DNA of 39,402 bases from a virus (Duplodnaviria; Heunggongvirae; Uroviricota; Caudoviricetes). This document shows positions 18,356 to 28,108 of the stretch, in pieces. The notes under the pieces were generated by a model that did no database searches, was not told the DNA's origin, and worked only from the letters and a program-made list of their open reading frames with translations. The stretch lies in IMG/VR virus record IMGVR_UViG_2541047754_000004. One strand, written 5' to 3'. Position numbers and translations under genes: made by a program. Within the stretch, counting starts at the first letter, position 1, and every line of letters begins with the position of its first letter.

Positions 18356-19673
18356 TCTCTATGTCCTCGTCGGTAATGGATGCCCCGATGCCGGTTACGT
18401 CAGAATTTTCGCGCAAATCAGTCATAGCGGCTTTCAGTGTCATCAGACCATCACCCAGCGCTGTACTGATTGCGTTGGTGGTATTTAACGCCACCGTTGA
18501 ACGATCGACATCAGACATTTGCCAGAGCGGGTTAAACTCAAACGTGAAATCATCCGGGAGCGGCTTGCCAAGTTCCGAACGATGCATGATGTCCAGTATC
18601 CGCCGCACCGGAAGACGTAAACGCCTCTCCTGCAACGAGCTTACCCGGTCGTAATAGTTGGCAAGGTCTGCATCGCCGGTAGAAAATCCCTTCGGTGACT
18701 GTCCGAACAACCGCACCAGTGGGATACCAACAGCGCCACTAATCTGTTCTGCAAACTGTGAAAGGATGTCATCCAGACCACTGAAGCTGTACTGATGGGT
18801 TTCAAACTTATCCCGCGAGTCCATGAGAGTCATGCCTTCATTGCTCTGGAACTGTCGAATCAGGTCAATATTCTTCAGCAACGCTTCATACGCAGGACCA
18901 CCAAGTGCGATAAGCTCGCGTAGTTTCTCCACACTGTAGGTACGCAAATGCGCTTTGTAGACCAGCTGCGCCGCGCCGACAGTAGCGCTGTCGAACGCGG
19001 TAAGACGATCCCAGATACGCTCTACAACCGACATTCCCCATTCGTTCTCGGTCATCTTCTGCTGAAATGGCAGCGTGACGCCATCAAAGCGAATCAGGCG
19101 ACTGTGATGAATGCGCCAGGCAGGAATTCCCGTTGCTGTGGTCACCACATCGTAAAACTCAGGTTTACCCAGGTCCGGCCCCATATCTTTAATGCGGCGG
19201 GTCAGTACCGGGTCGATCATCCAGCGGTCAAGCGGGAGAATCCCCTTAAACTTGCCCTTACCGATGGTTTCGGGTCGCAGCGGGGTCATTGGTGCCTGCC
19301 CCTCAATCATGATGAAACCCACCGCGCCGCCGTAGAGGCGCGACCATTTCAGCACGTCATTCAGCGCATCCCAGATTTGCAACTCATCCAGTTGTGATTC
19401 GAGAATGCCACGATCTTTTGCATCAATTTCCGAAGTGATGCGAATGCCTTTGCGGGTCATATCATCCGGGATAGCATCGACTGCTTCGCCGATGATCCAG
19501 GATGAACGATAGGACCATTCCACCAGCATGCGGTTACGACTGGTGAAATTAGCCCGGTAGGTGGATGCTGAGTGCTGGTTAGGTGTCTGCATCCCTACGC
19601 GGGCAATAAAATTCTCATAACCATCAGCTGTAGCCTGCGCAGTTCGCCGCAGGGCTTGTTTGTTTCGTGCCAT
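18207..19673 (-). CDS. Portal protein
   Basis: 488 aa; follows terminase large subunit; acidic C-terminus. Confidence 0.8.
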   Translation of the reverse strand: MARNKQALRRTAQATADGYENFIARVGMQTPNQHSASTYRANFTSRNRMLVEWSYRSSWIIGEAVDAIPDDMTRKGIRITSEIDAKDRGILESQLDELQIWDALNDVLKWSRLYGGAVGFIMIEGQAPMTPLRPETIGKGKFKGILPLDRWMIDPVLTRRIKDMGPDLGKPEFYDVVTTATGIPAWRIHHSRLIRFDGVTLPFQQKMTENEWGMSVVERIWDRLTAFDSATVGAAQLVYKAHLRTYSVEKLRELIALGGPAYEALLKNIDLIRQFQSNEGMTLMDSRDKFETHQYSFSGLDDILSQFAEQISGAVGIPLVRLFGQSPKGFSTGDADLANYYDRVSSLQERRLRLPVRRILDIMHRSELGKPLPDDFTFEFNPLWQMSDVDRSTVALNTTNAISTALGDGLMTLKAAMTDLRENSDVTGIGASITDEDIENAEDEAPPGIGEPDDEPQEPSGGNPVSNQSTQDSAGGRGHRKWSLRWFK

Positions 19674-21295
19674 CAGGCCTGTCTCCCTAGCAGCTCCCAG
19701 ATGTTCAGGGCTGAATTCATTGGGGCATAGTTGATCATCACCGAGTCGGCAAGGTTTGGCGATCGGGTTCCATCAGGCTGTTTATCAATAACGATTTTTC
19801 CCACACCATTAATGGAATAGGTCGGCTGCGAAAGCTCGATGATGAGTTTATCTTTGAGTGCCATGCTACTGCTGATTGAGATGATTTCGTCCGGGTTGTA
19901 AGCCATACCTTCAACCACGGCGCGCCAGGTATTCTGAAAAAGTTTACGTAACCGCCACCAGCTCTGGGCTTTGGCGTTAGCGAAGAAGTCCTTGTTCAGA
20001 CGTGCTGCTTGCCCGTTGTCCCCGCGAACAGCTTCATCATCCGGATCAAATACCGCGCCACTACCTCGAAACGGTGTGGCAAGTATTGACGGTCGACGCG
20101 CAGCGTTACGCAGTTCGTTGATAGCGCGTGCATCGCCGCGAACGCCAGCGCCCAGCCCGTCCTCGTCAAAGCGAAACTCTTCGAGGTTGTCCTGTTCGCA
20201 AAAGCCGAAAACCTTCTCGACGGACTGATAAATGTCGCTGCCCACACCGGACCATTCCCGCACATTTTCCAGGAGGAAGCCATGACGGGTGGAAAAGGCA
20301 TTTTTGTCCCTGCCTTCGTCGGCGACATCCATCGCGCCAAGTCGTTTGCCTGTTGGCTGGATACCCAGTTTGATATGCGCATCAACGGCAGCCTGTACCC
20401 ATTCGGATGGAATCAGAACGCCTTCCGCTGATGCGCTGTAGTTCAGATCAAGTTCCTGTGCCACCACCACCGGATTATCGATTTTCTCGCATTCCCTGCG
20501 ATACCACTCTTTATCCTTGCGAGGATCATCCCGCCAGTGGAATGTGAATACCGGTATCTTCCCGCCATGACGCTTCTGAGCGAACGGGTTAGCCATGCCG
20601 TTAACTGAACTCAGGTCGATACGGCAACGCGTCGTTTGTGACAACGCCGCATCAATCAGCAGAGGACGCTGAAGGAATGCAGCCTCATCAACCAGATAAA
20701 GCGTGGTACGGTCACCACGACCAATATTATCGCCAGCCTCGCCTTTGATAACGGCACCAGTTTCAGGAAACTCAACACGCATATATGGCGCGTGCTTCTT
20801 CTCACTCCACGAACCGCGAAACTCTACAGGTAGCGTTTCCACGAACTTGCGTGCCTTCCAGAACAATGCTTTCGGGTCACCAGTGCTGTCGACGTATTCC
20901 TCTTTACGGGAGCCGAAACCGATAACCATTTCTTTGTTGAAGAGACAAAGCGAGCAGGCCAGTCCGATCGCGGTCCAACTGAGCCCCATTTCACGGGATT
21001 TTTCGGTAATACCATTCTCCCGATTGCCCCAGCGTTCCATAATCCAGTGGATCCACTCCTCCTGCTTAGGGAAGAGTAAAAACGGAATGGTCACCGGCAG
21101 GCCATAATCAATATTACGCGGGTCCGTTGTCATGCCCCAGTCGATGATGAACTGAGCCGGATTGGTTCGGTAAAACTGCTTCAATACGGGCAATATTTCA
21201 GGATTCTGGCGAATGCGCTGTAGGCGTTCCATCCGCCATTCAAAAACCATCTGGTAATCAGGATGTTTAAAATCGAAGGGGAATGGTAACGGCAT
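19673..21295 (-). CDS. Terminase large subunit
   Basis: 540 aa; Walker B-like LYLVDEAAF and nuclease-domain acidic residues; downstream of small subunit. Confidence 0.85.
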   Translation of the reverse strand: MPLPFPFDFKHPDYQMVFEWRMERLQRIRQNPEILPVLKQFYRTNPAQFIIDWGMTTDPRNIDYGLPVTIPFLLFPKQEEWIHWIMERWGNRENGITEKSREMGLSWTAIGLACSLCLFNKEMVIGFGSRKEEYVDSTGDPKALFWKARKFVETLPVEFRGSWSEKKHAPYMRVEFPETGAVIKGEAGDNIGRGDRTTLYLVDEAAFLQRPLLIDAALSQTTRCRIDLSSVNGMANPFAQKRHGGKIPVFTFHWRDDPRKDKEWYRRECEKIDNPVVVAQELDLNYSASAEGVLIPSEWVQAAVDAHIKLGIQPTGKRLGAMDVADEGRDKNAFSTRHGFLLENVREWSGVGSDIYQSVEKVFGFCEQDNLEEFRFDEDGLGAGVRGDARAINELRNAARRPSILATPFRGSGAVFDPDDEAVRGDNGQAARLNKDFFANAKAQSWWRLRKLFQNTWRAVVEGMAYNPDEIISISSSMALKDKLIIELSQPTYSINGVGKIVIDKQPDGTRSPNLADSVMINYAPMNSALNIWELLGRQA

Positions 21296-21297
21296 AC

Positions 21298-21870
21298 TTA
21301 GCCCATCATTTTTCTATACGCCTCTGCAGCCTGCTCCGGCGTTAAGTTGGTAATTTCTGTTCTGACGGGTCCTCCATCAGCGCCAGTCACTTCATTTTTG
21401 ACGTTGTCTTTAAACGCCTGAACAGAAACATGACGCCCAAGCAACTCAAGGTTTTTAACCTTATCAGGCCACTTAATCTTTTTAAGGATCCCGACCATTT
21501 CTCTGTCATCTCCTCGCCCCTCAAACATTTCAGCGAGGTTAAATCCACTCAGGTACCGACGCCACGATTCCGGCCACGCAGACAGAGGCTTAATACTTAA
21601 ATCGTCCTCCAGGATGTCAGCCACATCGAGCTTGTCGATCTCAACCAGTCGCATCAGCACATAATTCGCATCAATGCCCAGTTGATCAATACGCTCCTGC
21701 TTTAGCTCGTTAATACGGGCGCGTATCTCAGGTTTACCGTATAGTTCAGCCCCCGTAACATGTGCTCGCCTGGAGACGTAGCCTGCGCGAATAGCTGCTT
21801 GTGTAGCATTCAGATCGACAAGAAACTCGCGACAAAACACCTCGTGTTTTGCTTTCAGCTTCTTAGTCAT
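21298..21870 (-). CDS. Terminase small subunit
   Basis: 190 aa; N-terminal [25 protein letters not shown] motif typical of this family. Confidence 0.8.
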   Translation of the reverse strand: MTKKLKAKHEVFCREFLVDLNATQAAIRAGYVSRRAHVTGAELYGKPEIRARINELKQERIDQLGIDANYVLMRLVEIDKLDVADILEDDLSIKPLSAWPESWRRYLSGFNLAEMFEGRGDDREMVGILKKIKWPDKVKNLELLGRHVSVQAFKDNVKNEVTGADGGPVRTEITNLTPEQAAEAYRKMMG

Positions 21871-21931
21871 TTTATTTTCCAGTTATCAGGTCATTATCGA
21901 AGCCCCTCCTGGAAGAGCTTCTGTAATGCTA

Positions 21932-22456
21932 TTACCGGGACTGTTCTATTTGTCGGACACCAGCCAACTGGTTATTCGCCTTCTCGATGGCCGCCAACAG
22001 TGGGTTAATCCACAGAACAGCCTGGCAATATGTCAACGTTCTGGTGGTAGTGGCACGATCACCGGCTGAGTCAATGTCCCCGGAATCGGCGTGCAATGCG
22101 CTGGCGCGTAAACGGTTCGCGTAGTTGAGCAACCCGACAGCAATATCAACAGGAACAGGGAAATCACAGTTCTTTTCACGGAGCAGAACCTCACGGTATT
22201 TGATGACTGTCTTCTCGTGACCGATGTCGACCAGAGAATTTAATCGGCTTGCGTTTTCTGCTATCTGGTTAAAACGATTGAAGTTTAATGCCTGATTAGC
22301 TATCACTTTCCCTTGATATTCAGCTTCACCTTCCGCTTTATCAGCCCGCAACTTTTCTGCCTGATACTTGCTGTGGTAATGGTTTGCAGACCAGACGAGC
22401 GCCCCAAAGGCAGAGAAGAAAAATGCCGCGATGACAATCTTATAAGTCAGCTTCAT
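21932..22456 (-). CDS. i-spanin (Rz-like)
   Basis: 174 aa; N-terminal TM helix then coiled-coil periplasmic domain; overlaps endolysin stop. Confidence 0.7.
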   Translation of the reverse strand: MKLTYKIVIAAFFFSAFGALVWSANHYHSKYQAEKLRADKAEGEAEYQGKVIANQALNFNRFNQIAENASRLNSLVDIGHEKTVIKYREVLLREKNCDFPVPVDIAVGLLNYANRLRASALHADSGDIDSAGDRATTTRTLTYCQAVLWINPLLAAIEKANNQLAGVRQIEQSR

Positions 22457-22916
22457 TTACCACCCCACCAGCATCTTTAAACCTGGAAATCAGGTCACCG
22501 ATTTTATGTTCATACTGACCGTAACCTGCACCAGGTAACGACGCCCAGATATTGCTGCAACGGTCGATTGCCTGACGAATATCGCCACGGTCAATCATCG
22601 GTAAAGCGCCACGCTCTTTAATCTGCTGCAGCGCCACAGCGTCCTGACTTTCTGGCGAAAAATCTTTCAGGCCAAGCTGCTTACAGTAGGCATCCCACCA
22701 GCGTGAAAGAAGCTGATACCGTCCTGCGGCTGTTGATTTAAGCTTCGGGTTTAGCGTGACAAGTTTGCGAGGGTGATCGGAGTAATCAGTGAACAACTCA
22801 CCTCCGACGATAACGTCATAACCGTGATTACGTGTCGGTTGTCGCCCGTTATCCGTTCCTTCTGACCATGCCACCATATCCAGGAAAGCTTTACGTTGGG
22901 AATTTAGTGTCTGCAT
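22440..22916 (-). CDS. R: Endolysin, lambda R-like lytic transglycosylase
   Basis: 158 aa; QRKAFLDMVAWSEGTDNGRQ...HGYDVIVGGELFTDYSDHPRKLVTLNP nearly colinear with lambda R as recalled. Confidence 0.92.
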   Translation of the reverse strand: MQTLNSQRKAFLDMVAWSEGTDNGRQPTRNHGYDVIVGGELFTDYSDHPRKLVTLNPKLKSTAAGRYQLLSRWWDAYCKQLGLKDFSPESQDAVALQQIKERGALPMIDRGDIRQAIDRCSNIWASLPGAGYGQYEHKIGDLISRFKDAGGVVNEADL

Positions 22917-22919
22917 GAA

Positions 22920-23261
22920 TTACTCCTTAGAGCCACCAAACTTGTTACCGATTACTCGCATTGCAGCCCCACGAATAGCATCCACACCGATCAGCCCAAC
23001 ACCACCACCAATGGCAACAGAAAGCGATTTAGGCCATCCAACATACTCAAGAGCGGATGCAAAGGTCAGCGTCAGAGCACCACAGAGCAAAATCTCAAGC
23101 GTTTTTCGTTTCCAGCCGCCACCACCGCCAAAATAGGCAATGCGCAAGCCAGCCATAACAATTGACATAACCACTGCGCCCAACGGCGTATCTCCACGCC
23201 ACCAACTTTGTAAGAGTTCCAGTAAGTCAGGCCAGGAATGAGGAGCATTGTGCATTTTCAT
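22920..23261 (-). CDS. Holin with Met-Lys-Met dual-start motif
   Basis: About 113 aa from MKMHNAPH; GGAGG 8 nt upstream; hydrophobic segments; immediately upstream of endolysin. Confidence 0.7.
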   Translation of the reverse strand: MKMHNAPHSWPDLLELLQSWWRGDTPLGAVVMSIVMAGLRIAYFGGGGGWKRKTLEILLCGALTLTFASALEYVGWPKSLSVAIGGGVGLIGVDAIRGAAMRVIGNKFGGSKE

Positions 23262-23664
23262 ACTTCCCACCTCCGCCATTACGGGGTGTTGTTGAAAGGC
23301 GGGCCCTGCGTATACGCCCGTAGGATTGGGGTATGAACCGTCCTTCGGTGGGCCCTGAATACAAAAAAAGTTCGCCATAGCGAACCTTGTTAAATTTGTT
23401 AAAAAAGGATGTTATTTAACATAATGTACGTTATAGTAACCACACGATCACCGCTCGCAATAGATTTGCGATGAAAGGCCTATTTAATCAACTTAAGTGG
23501 TCCAGAATGGCGAAATTCGAGTGAATAAAAGGTGCATAAAAAAGGGCAAAAACTGCATAGCGTTTTTTCGCGACGAAAACCCTGTTTTATTAACTTTTAC
23601 TGAGAATAGAGCATTAAAAAAGCCCCAATGATTTGGAGCTCTTCGTTGAGGTCAGAAATTCAAC

Positions 23665-24099
23665 TCATACCAGCGTAGCGCAGTTTTTGCGTAGCGCACT
23701 AATACTTTTTTCATCCCTTTGAATTTCGACCTCAGGATCCATCTGAAGGCTCACACCCAGCATGCAGAGACACCCCTCAATGAATCCCTCAGCTACCTGC
23801 AACTGCTGGCGGATAAATCCTTCAGAACAGCGACGCCGCCGCCCTATCTCACGTTTGCTTAACCCGTAGACGTAGTACAGCATAATGACGTCCAGTTCCT
23901 CAGGCTTACGGACCTGCTGCAGTCGACAGACGCAAGCATCGATAATCAGGCCATCGTCGTCACAGCAACTCAGCCTGCCAGGCGAGCTGCTGACTACCAG
24001 CCCTTTAAATCCCGCCGCTATTGGAGCCCAGCTCACTGTGGTGTTGCTATTGGCAGCCCAGCCACCCCAGCGCTCTAAAACCTGTTGAATATTACGCAT
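23665..24099 (-). CDS. Late-gene antiterminator, Q-like (small QuuD / phage 82 type)
   Basis: 144 aa; MRNIQQVLERWGGWAAN...IAAGFKGL...CCDDD motif matches small Q-family proteins as recalled; sits upstream of lysis cassette. Confidence 0.85.
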   Translation of the reverse strand: MRNIQQVLERWGGWAANSNTTVSWAPIAAGFKGLVVSSSPGRLSCCDDDGLIIDACVCRLQQVRKPEELDVIMLYYVYGLSKREIGRRRRCSEGFIRQQLQVAEGFIEGCLCMLGVSLQMDPEVEIQRDEKSISALRKNCATLV

Positions 24100-24152
24100 A
24101 GCTCTGACCTCTACGTTTTGCTACGAAAAAATTTTCTGAGAACTACGTCTGT

Positions 24153-24172
24153 TTATCCGTGGGTGTGGATAA
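24153..24172. promoter_or_regulatory. DnaA-box pair (one perfect TTATCCACA on minus strand plus an inverted degenerate copy)
   Basis: gTTTATCCgtgggtgtGGATAAcg. Confidence 0.4.
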
Positions 24173-24230
24173 CGCAGTTCCGATTCACATATTGCATGTA
24201 TCAACATGCAAAAAGTTGCTAATGCGGAGT

Positions 24231-24418
24231 GGAACCACCTGCCCCCACCTGGAACCACCTTTTCCTAACCTTTCCCTCAATCGACTTATATATATATATG
24301 GGGTTTCTAGTAGAAAGGCGGTTCCAGTGGTTCCAGTGGTTCCGCCCCGCTTGCCACAAGGTCTGCAAGGTGGAACCACCTTCTCTTTTAGGTGGTTCCG
24401 CGTGGTTCCAGCGGTTCC
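24231..24418. repeat. Iteron-like array of GGAACCACC / GGTGGTTCC / GGTTCCAGT repeats flanking a (TA)n tract; candidate replication origin
   Basis: At least nine GGWWCC-core copies in both orientations within about 190 bp, three tandem 9-bp units at 24319-24347, (TA)5 tract at about 24288-24299. Confidence 0.55.
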
Positions 24419-26574
24419 CAAACCTTGCATTTTTTCCCCCCAATTCGCCTTTGGGCACGCTTATACCCGCAATTTTGCAAAACATTACTAATTCGCATTT
24501 CTTCGCGTTTTCCGATGCGGTCAGGATTTAGCCCAATCGCATCACGCAAAACATCACTTGCGCGTAAAAATTCGCAATTTCGCGGAAGTTCATTAGTCAT
24601 CAGGTCTGGCGTGTCGAGCCATTTCTCTACCGTTTCAAGCCAAGCATCCTTGATGGTGTACTGTTCATGGACACTCGCTGCCAGTTGTTCAGCCTCACGG
24701 AACTGGATACCCCCCAGACGCTGAAACACCTCACGAGCCTCAGCCCAAAGTAAAAGTAGATCTCTTTTTATCGCTTTCACGTCGACTTTCGACACTTCCA
24801 CGGGGAGCCAGCGACGGTTACCAGTCTTGTCCGCAAGGAATTCGTCCTCATTGGTGGTACCAACGAACACCAGGCGACGAGGAAACTGGGTGGCGAACTC
24901 CCGGTATTTCGGGATCCAGTTTTCGTGAGTACGCGTCACAAACGCTTTGATTGACTCCAGCTCTTTGGTATTAAGTCCGCGCAGTTCACCAATCTCTGCC
25001 ACCAGCCGACCACGCATTTTTCGAGCGAGATCATCGTCTTTTTCGGCAAAAGAGATTTCAGTAAAAAACGCAGGATCAGGGCTCAGTGCCTCCACTCCGG
25101 AAGACTTACCGCAGCCCTGCGGACCAACGAGGATCGGCACCATATCCGCTTTGATGCCTGGCTCCAGTACTCGCCCCGCCAACGCGGTCCACATGTACAT
25201 AGACACCGCACGGGTATAAGGCGTGTCGGCTGTACCGAAGTGCGTATGGTAGAAACATTCGATGCGCGGCACGCCATCCCACTCCAGTCCGTTCAGCCAG
25301 GTGATCGCTGAATCGAATGGTTGTTCATCGGCTGCAAGTAACACCACATCGCGAATAAGTTCACGACCAACAGGTTTAAATCCCCGCTTTTCCATCGTGA
25401 TGCGCAGGCGCGCATAATCCGCATCGGTGAATGCCCGCCATTGTCCGGATCCTGCAGGGGCAAACATGATTTCGTCGCGGAACTGGTCAAAGCGAATATC
25501 GATGTCCACAAAATCAGGGCGTACTACTGCTTTGGCTGCGTTGCTGATTGTTGCCTCGATACGCCCCCATTTATCACGCTCGAAAGCAGGCAGCGGTAAA
25601 GGTTCCGCCACTTCGGTGCTGGTCAGATCTTCGAAATCGTCGTTGCGGATCCCGATGGCATTAAGGAAATCTCCGTCATCACGATGCGCACAACTGGCAT
25701 GCAGGCATTTAAAATGCCCCTGCTCAAAGCCCGCGGTTCCCGCAGGAAAATAAACTGTGCTTGTTGGATCGCCCCCGCTACTGTGGCCGTCTTCAAACGG
25801 ACAGCGGATATATCGTTCACCATTTGCGCCATCCAGCAGCGTCCAGCCATTGGCATCAAGATATTCAGCTGTATCATCCGTCGCGCCGGGCGTGAATGCT
25901 GATCGGTCGCGCATCTTCGTGTTGCCCGCTTCGGTGGTTACCGACACAGGGAGTTGTTCAGCCAGGCGCTGCCACAGCGTTTCAAGCTGCTCACCAGTAA
26001 TAGCCGGAGGTTCATCCGGCAAACCGCCGTCCCATTCAATACGCGCGCCGCTGCTGTGCGTACCGCAGGCAACGAACTGCTGCCCGTTCGCCAGCAACTC
26101 GATAATGCCCATATCCCCCGCCAGGCGATGGATACGCTTACGGAAATCACCATCAACGGCCAGCAGATACAGACACTTATTACTGTTTGCTCGCCAGCGT
26201 CGCGGCGGCAACTCACCCAGAAGTTGCACAAGCGTTTTGCGAATATCTGCCTGAATGTCTTCATCTTCGCTATCACAGTCCAGCGCCAGCCAGCCATGGC
26301 CTGTACGCACGCAGATGCCATAATCCGGTTCATTCGACCAGCGGGCAAAATCATGCTCAGTAACAACATGCCCGGTCCATTGAGCAATACCGGTGACCTG
26401 GCGGTCCCGGTTATAGCGACTCGGCGTCTTACCCAACGCTTTCAGTTTACTATCAGGGGATATGGTCGCACTGGGGTTACATACAACTGGGAGAAGATGA
26501 TCAGTTCTCCCCAATACCAGGTCGAAATGAAACCACTCATCAGGCGTAGCTCCCCATGGTTTGCTATCGGACAT
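24388..26574 (-). CDS. Replication protein: primase-like N-terminus fused to VirE/D5-type P-loop NTPase
   Basis: 728 aa; Walker A VGPQGCGKSS, Walker B-like and NRRWLPV motif; Cys/His cluster CPFEDGH...HFKCLHASCAH; acidic DCDSEDED in N-terminal domain. Confidence 0.82.
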   Translation of the reverse strand: MSDSKPWGATPDEWFHFDLVLGRTDHLLPVVCNPSATISPDSKLKALGKTPSRYNRDRQVTGIAQWTGHVVTEHDFARWSNEPDYGICVRTGHGWLALDCDSEDEDIQADIRKTLVQLLGELPPRRWRANSNKCLYLLAVDGDFRKRIHRLAGDMGIIELLANGQQFVACGTHSSGARIEWDGGLPDEPPAITGEQLETLWQRLAEQLPVSVTTEAGNTKMRDRSAFTPGATDDTAEYLDANGWTLLDGANGERYIRCPFEDGHSSGGDPTSTVYFPAGTAGFEQGHFKCLHASCAHRDDGDFLNAIGIRNDDFEDLTSTEVAEPLPLPAFERDKWGRIEATISNAAKAVVRPDFVDIDIRFDQFRDEIMFAPAGSGQWRAFTDADYARLRITMEKRGFKPVGRELIRDVVLLAADEQPFDSAITWLNGLEWDGVPRIECFYHTHFGTADTPYTRAVSMYMWTALAGRVLEPGIKADMVPILVGPQGCGKSSGVEALSPDPAFFTEISFAEKDDDLARKMRGRLVAEIGELRGLNTKELESIKAFVTRTHENWIPKYREFATQFPRRLVFVGTTNEDEFLADKTGNRRWLPVEVSKVDVKAIKRDLLLLWAEAREVFQRLGGIQFREAEQLAASVHEQYTIKDAWLETVEKWLDTPDLMTNELPRNCEFLRASDVLRDAIGLNPDRIGKREEMRISNVLQNCGYKRAQRRIGGKKCKVWEPLEPRGTT

Positions 26575-26577
26575 GGG

Positions 26578-26790
26578 TTAAGCCTTTTTATCGTTTTGTG
26601 AGCCATACAACAGCCAATTAGGGTCGCAATCCAATGCTATAGACATTTCAAGAAGATAACGTGGCCGAGCAATAACACCACTTTCAATTCTGTTTATTGC
26701 CTGCTGGCTCACTCCTGTGAGCTCAGCCAACGTAACTTGCGTCATTTTGAGTTCTTTACGTCGTTCTTTTACTCGGGTCGCTAAGGTCAT
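26578..26790 (-). CDS. Cro-like HTH regulator (XRE family)
   Basis: About 70 aa from ATG at 26790 with GAGGTG upstream (ORF track extends to TTG at 26808); HTH LAELTGVSQQAINRIESG. Confidence 0.75.
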   Translation of the reverse strand: MTLATRVKERRKELKMTQVTLAELTGVSQQAINRIESGVIARPRYLLEMSIALDCDPNWLLYGSQNDKKA

Positions 26791-26829
26791 TGCTTTCACC
26801 TCATACAATTTTAGTGGTATTTAGCAACA

Positions 26830-26864
26830 ACAAACGAGGTTTGTCAAATACAACAAAAATTGTT
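26830..26864. promoter_or_regulatory. Putative operator palindromes in cI/cro divergent region
   Basis: ACAAAC-GAG-GTTTGT (26830-26844) and AACAA-AAA-TTGTT (26852-26864). Confidence 0.45.
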
Positions 26865-26910
26865 TTTAATGTGGGGATACACATTAATACAACCCAGAAG
26901 GACTAATCCC

Positions 26911-27534
26911 ATGTCTCTCGCAGCCCGTTTTAAAGCACGTCGTTTGGAATTAGGAATGACTCAAGTGGAAGTAGCGAATTCTGCAGGGGTTAGCCAACAA
27001 TCCATAGAATCCATCGAAAGTGGACGAACCAGAAAGCCACGCAATCTTCTGGATCTGGCTAAGGCCTTGAAATGTAGCCCAGACTGGCTACTGAACGGTA
27101 AAAATATTATGCCTCTCGCGGAGATAAGTACCAGACGCATACCTATATTAAGTTACGTTCAGGCAGGAGAGCTTACAGAAGCAAGAGACATAACAGATCT
27201 GACAGGGGAATTTGAATATATTTTGGCAGACTCTGACATTCCAGAAACATGCTTCGCATTACGTATCGATGGCGACAGCATGCAACCAGAGTTTAAAGAA
27301 GGAGACATTGTTATCATCGATCCTGATCTATGTCCTGCACCAGGGGAGTTTGTTGTCGCCAAAAACGACGGTCACGAAGCTACATTTAAAAAATACCGTC
27401 CATTAGGAATCGGCATCGACGACTTTGAATTAATCCCCCTAAATCCTGATTACCCTATTTTTCGTAGTGCAGATATGAACTTACAGATCATAGGTGTAAT
27501 GATCGAACACCGTATTTACCGCCGTAAACGTTAG
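26911..27534 (+). CDS. CI-like repressor, N-terminal HTH plus LexA-type S24 autopeptidase domain
   Basis: 207 aa from ATG at 26911 (AGAAGGA upstream); HTH QVEVANSAGVSQQSIESIESG; DGDSMQP catalytic Ser motif and downstream Lys. Confidence 0.88.
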   Translation: MSLAARFKARRLELGMTQVEVANSAGVSQQSIESIESGRTRKPRNLLDLAKALKCSPDWLLNGKNIMPLAEISTRRIPILSYVQAGELTEARDITDLTGEFEYILADSDIPETCFALRIDGDSMQPEFKEGDIVIIDPDLCPAPGEFVVAKNDGHEATFKKYRPLGIGIDDFELIPLNPDYPIFRSADMNLQIIGVMIEHRIYRRKR

Positions 27535-27655
27535 TATTCCCACCGTAAATATCGGGAGGCGTAACAGCCTCCCTTACCCCATTTGTAAAGTCTTACAAAT
27601 TAAATTCACTTAAATATCAATAAAGTAGTATTCACACCCCATAAAATACCACATT

Positions 27656-27685
27656 TGTGGTTTACACAATACAACTCAAATTGTA
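27656..27685. promoter_or_regulatory. Putative second operator cluster (OL-like) upstream of the plus-strand early operon
   Basis: TTGTG-GTTTA-CACAA and TACAA-CTCAAA-TTGTA palindromes sharing the ACAA/TTGT half-site with the cI/cro region. Confidence 0.4.
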
Positions 27686-27856
27686 TCTTTAGCCACAAGT
27701 CGAACGGCGCGACTCTAAACCATGCGTCGGGACCGTGGCGGGACAGGATGTCGGCAATACGGGTCAGTAAGTTCCCTTTGGGGTGCGGCGAAGCACTGTC
27801 TACTGATACAAGTCGAAGCCGCCGAACCACCAAAGTGAACTAAATGAGGAAACGGC

Positions 27857-28051
27857 GTGAAAACGTATAAACCGCTCAAAGGTGAATGCCCTGCTTGCCA
27901 AACACAGCTTCTGACACCAAAGCCAAAACGATACCAAATCAACGAATGTTATGAGCACTGCCCTGGATGTGGTGCTTTCCTGCATACCATTGCAACGCAC
28001 TGGCGTGTCCGCTTCAACCTTGTGGTACCACGTACGCACAATACCAACTGA
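27857..28051 (+). CDS. Small zinc-ribbon protein, first gene of early operon
   Basis: 64 aa; CPACQ...CPGCG. Confidence 0.5.
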   Translation: MKTYKPLKGECPACQTQLLTPKPKRYQINECYEHCPGCGAFLHTIATHWRVRFNLVVPRTHNTN

Positions 28052-28082
28052 ATCATCCATGTAATTGCTGTGTGTAGTCTTT

Positions 28083-28108
28083 GCCCGCCTCACGTGACGG
28101 GCTTTTTT
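28083..28108 (+). terminator. Intrinsic terminator inside early operon
   Basis: GCCCGCCTCACGTGACGGGC hairpin followed by TTTTTT. Confidence 0.55.

Noticed and set aside
24229-24420. Short GGAACC-type repeat cluster that could be mistaken for a CRISPR array
   Set aside because: Repeats are only about 9 bp, irregularly spaced, in both orientations and without unique spacers; consistent with iterons, not CRISPR
24185-24531. Several 80-110 aa ORFs on both strands across the repeat-rich region
   Set aside because: Translations are dominated by the repeat units (runs of GTT/WNH); the region is better explained as non-coding origin or regulatory DNA
25954-26601. 215-aa plus-strand ORF antisense to the primase/helicase gene
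   Set aside because: Completely overlapped by a motif-rich minus-strand gene; no independent support
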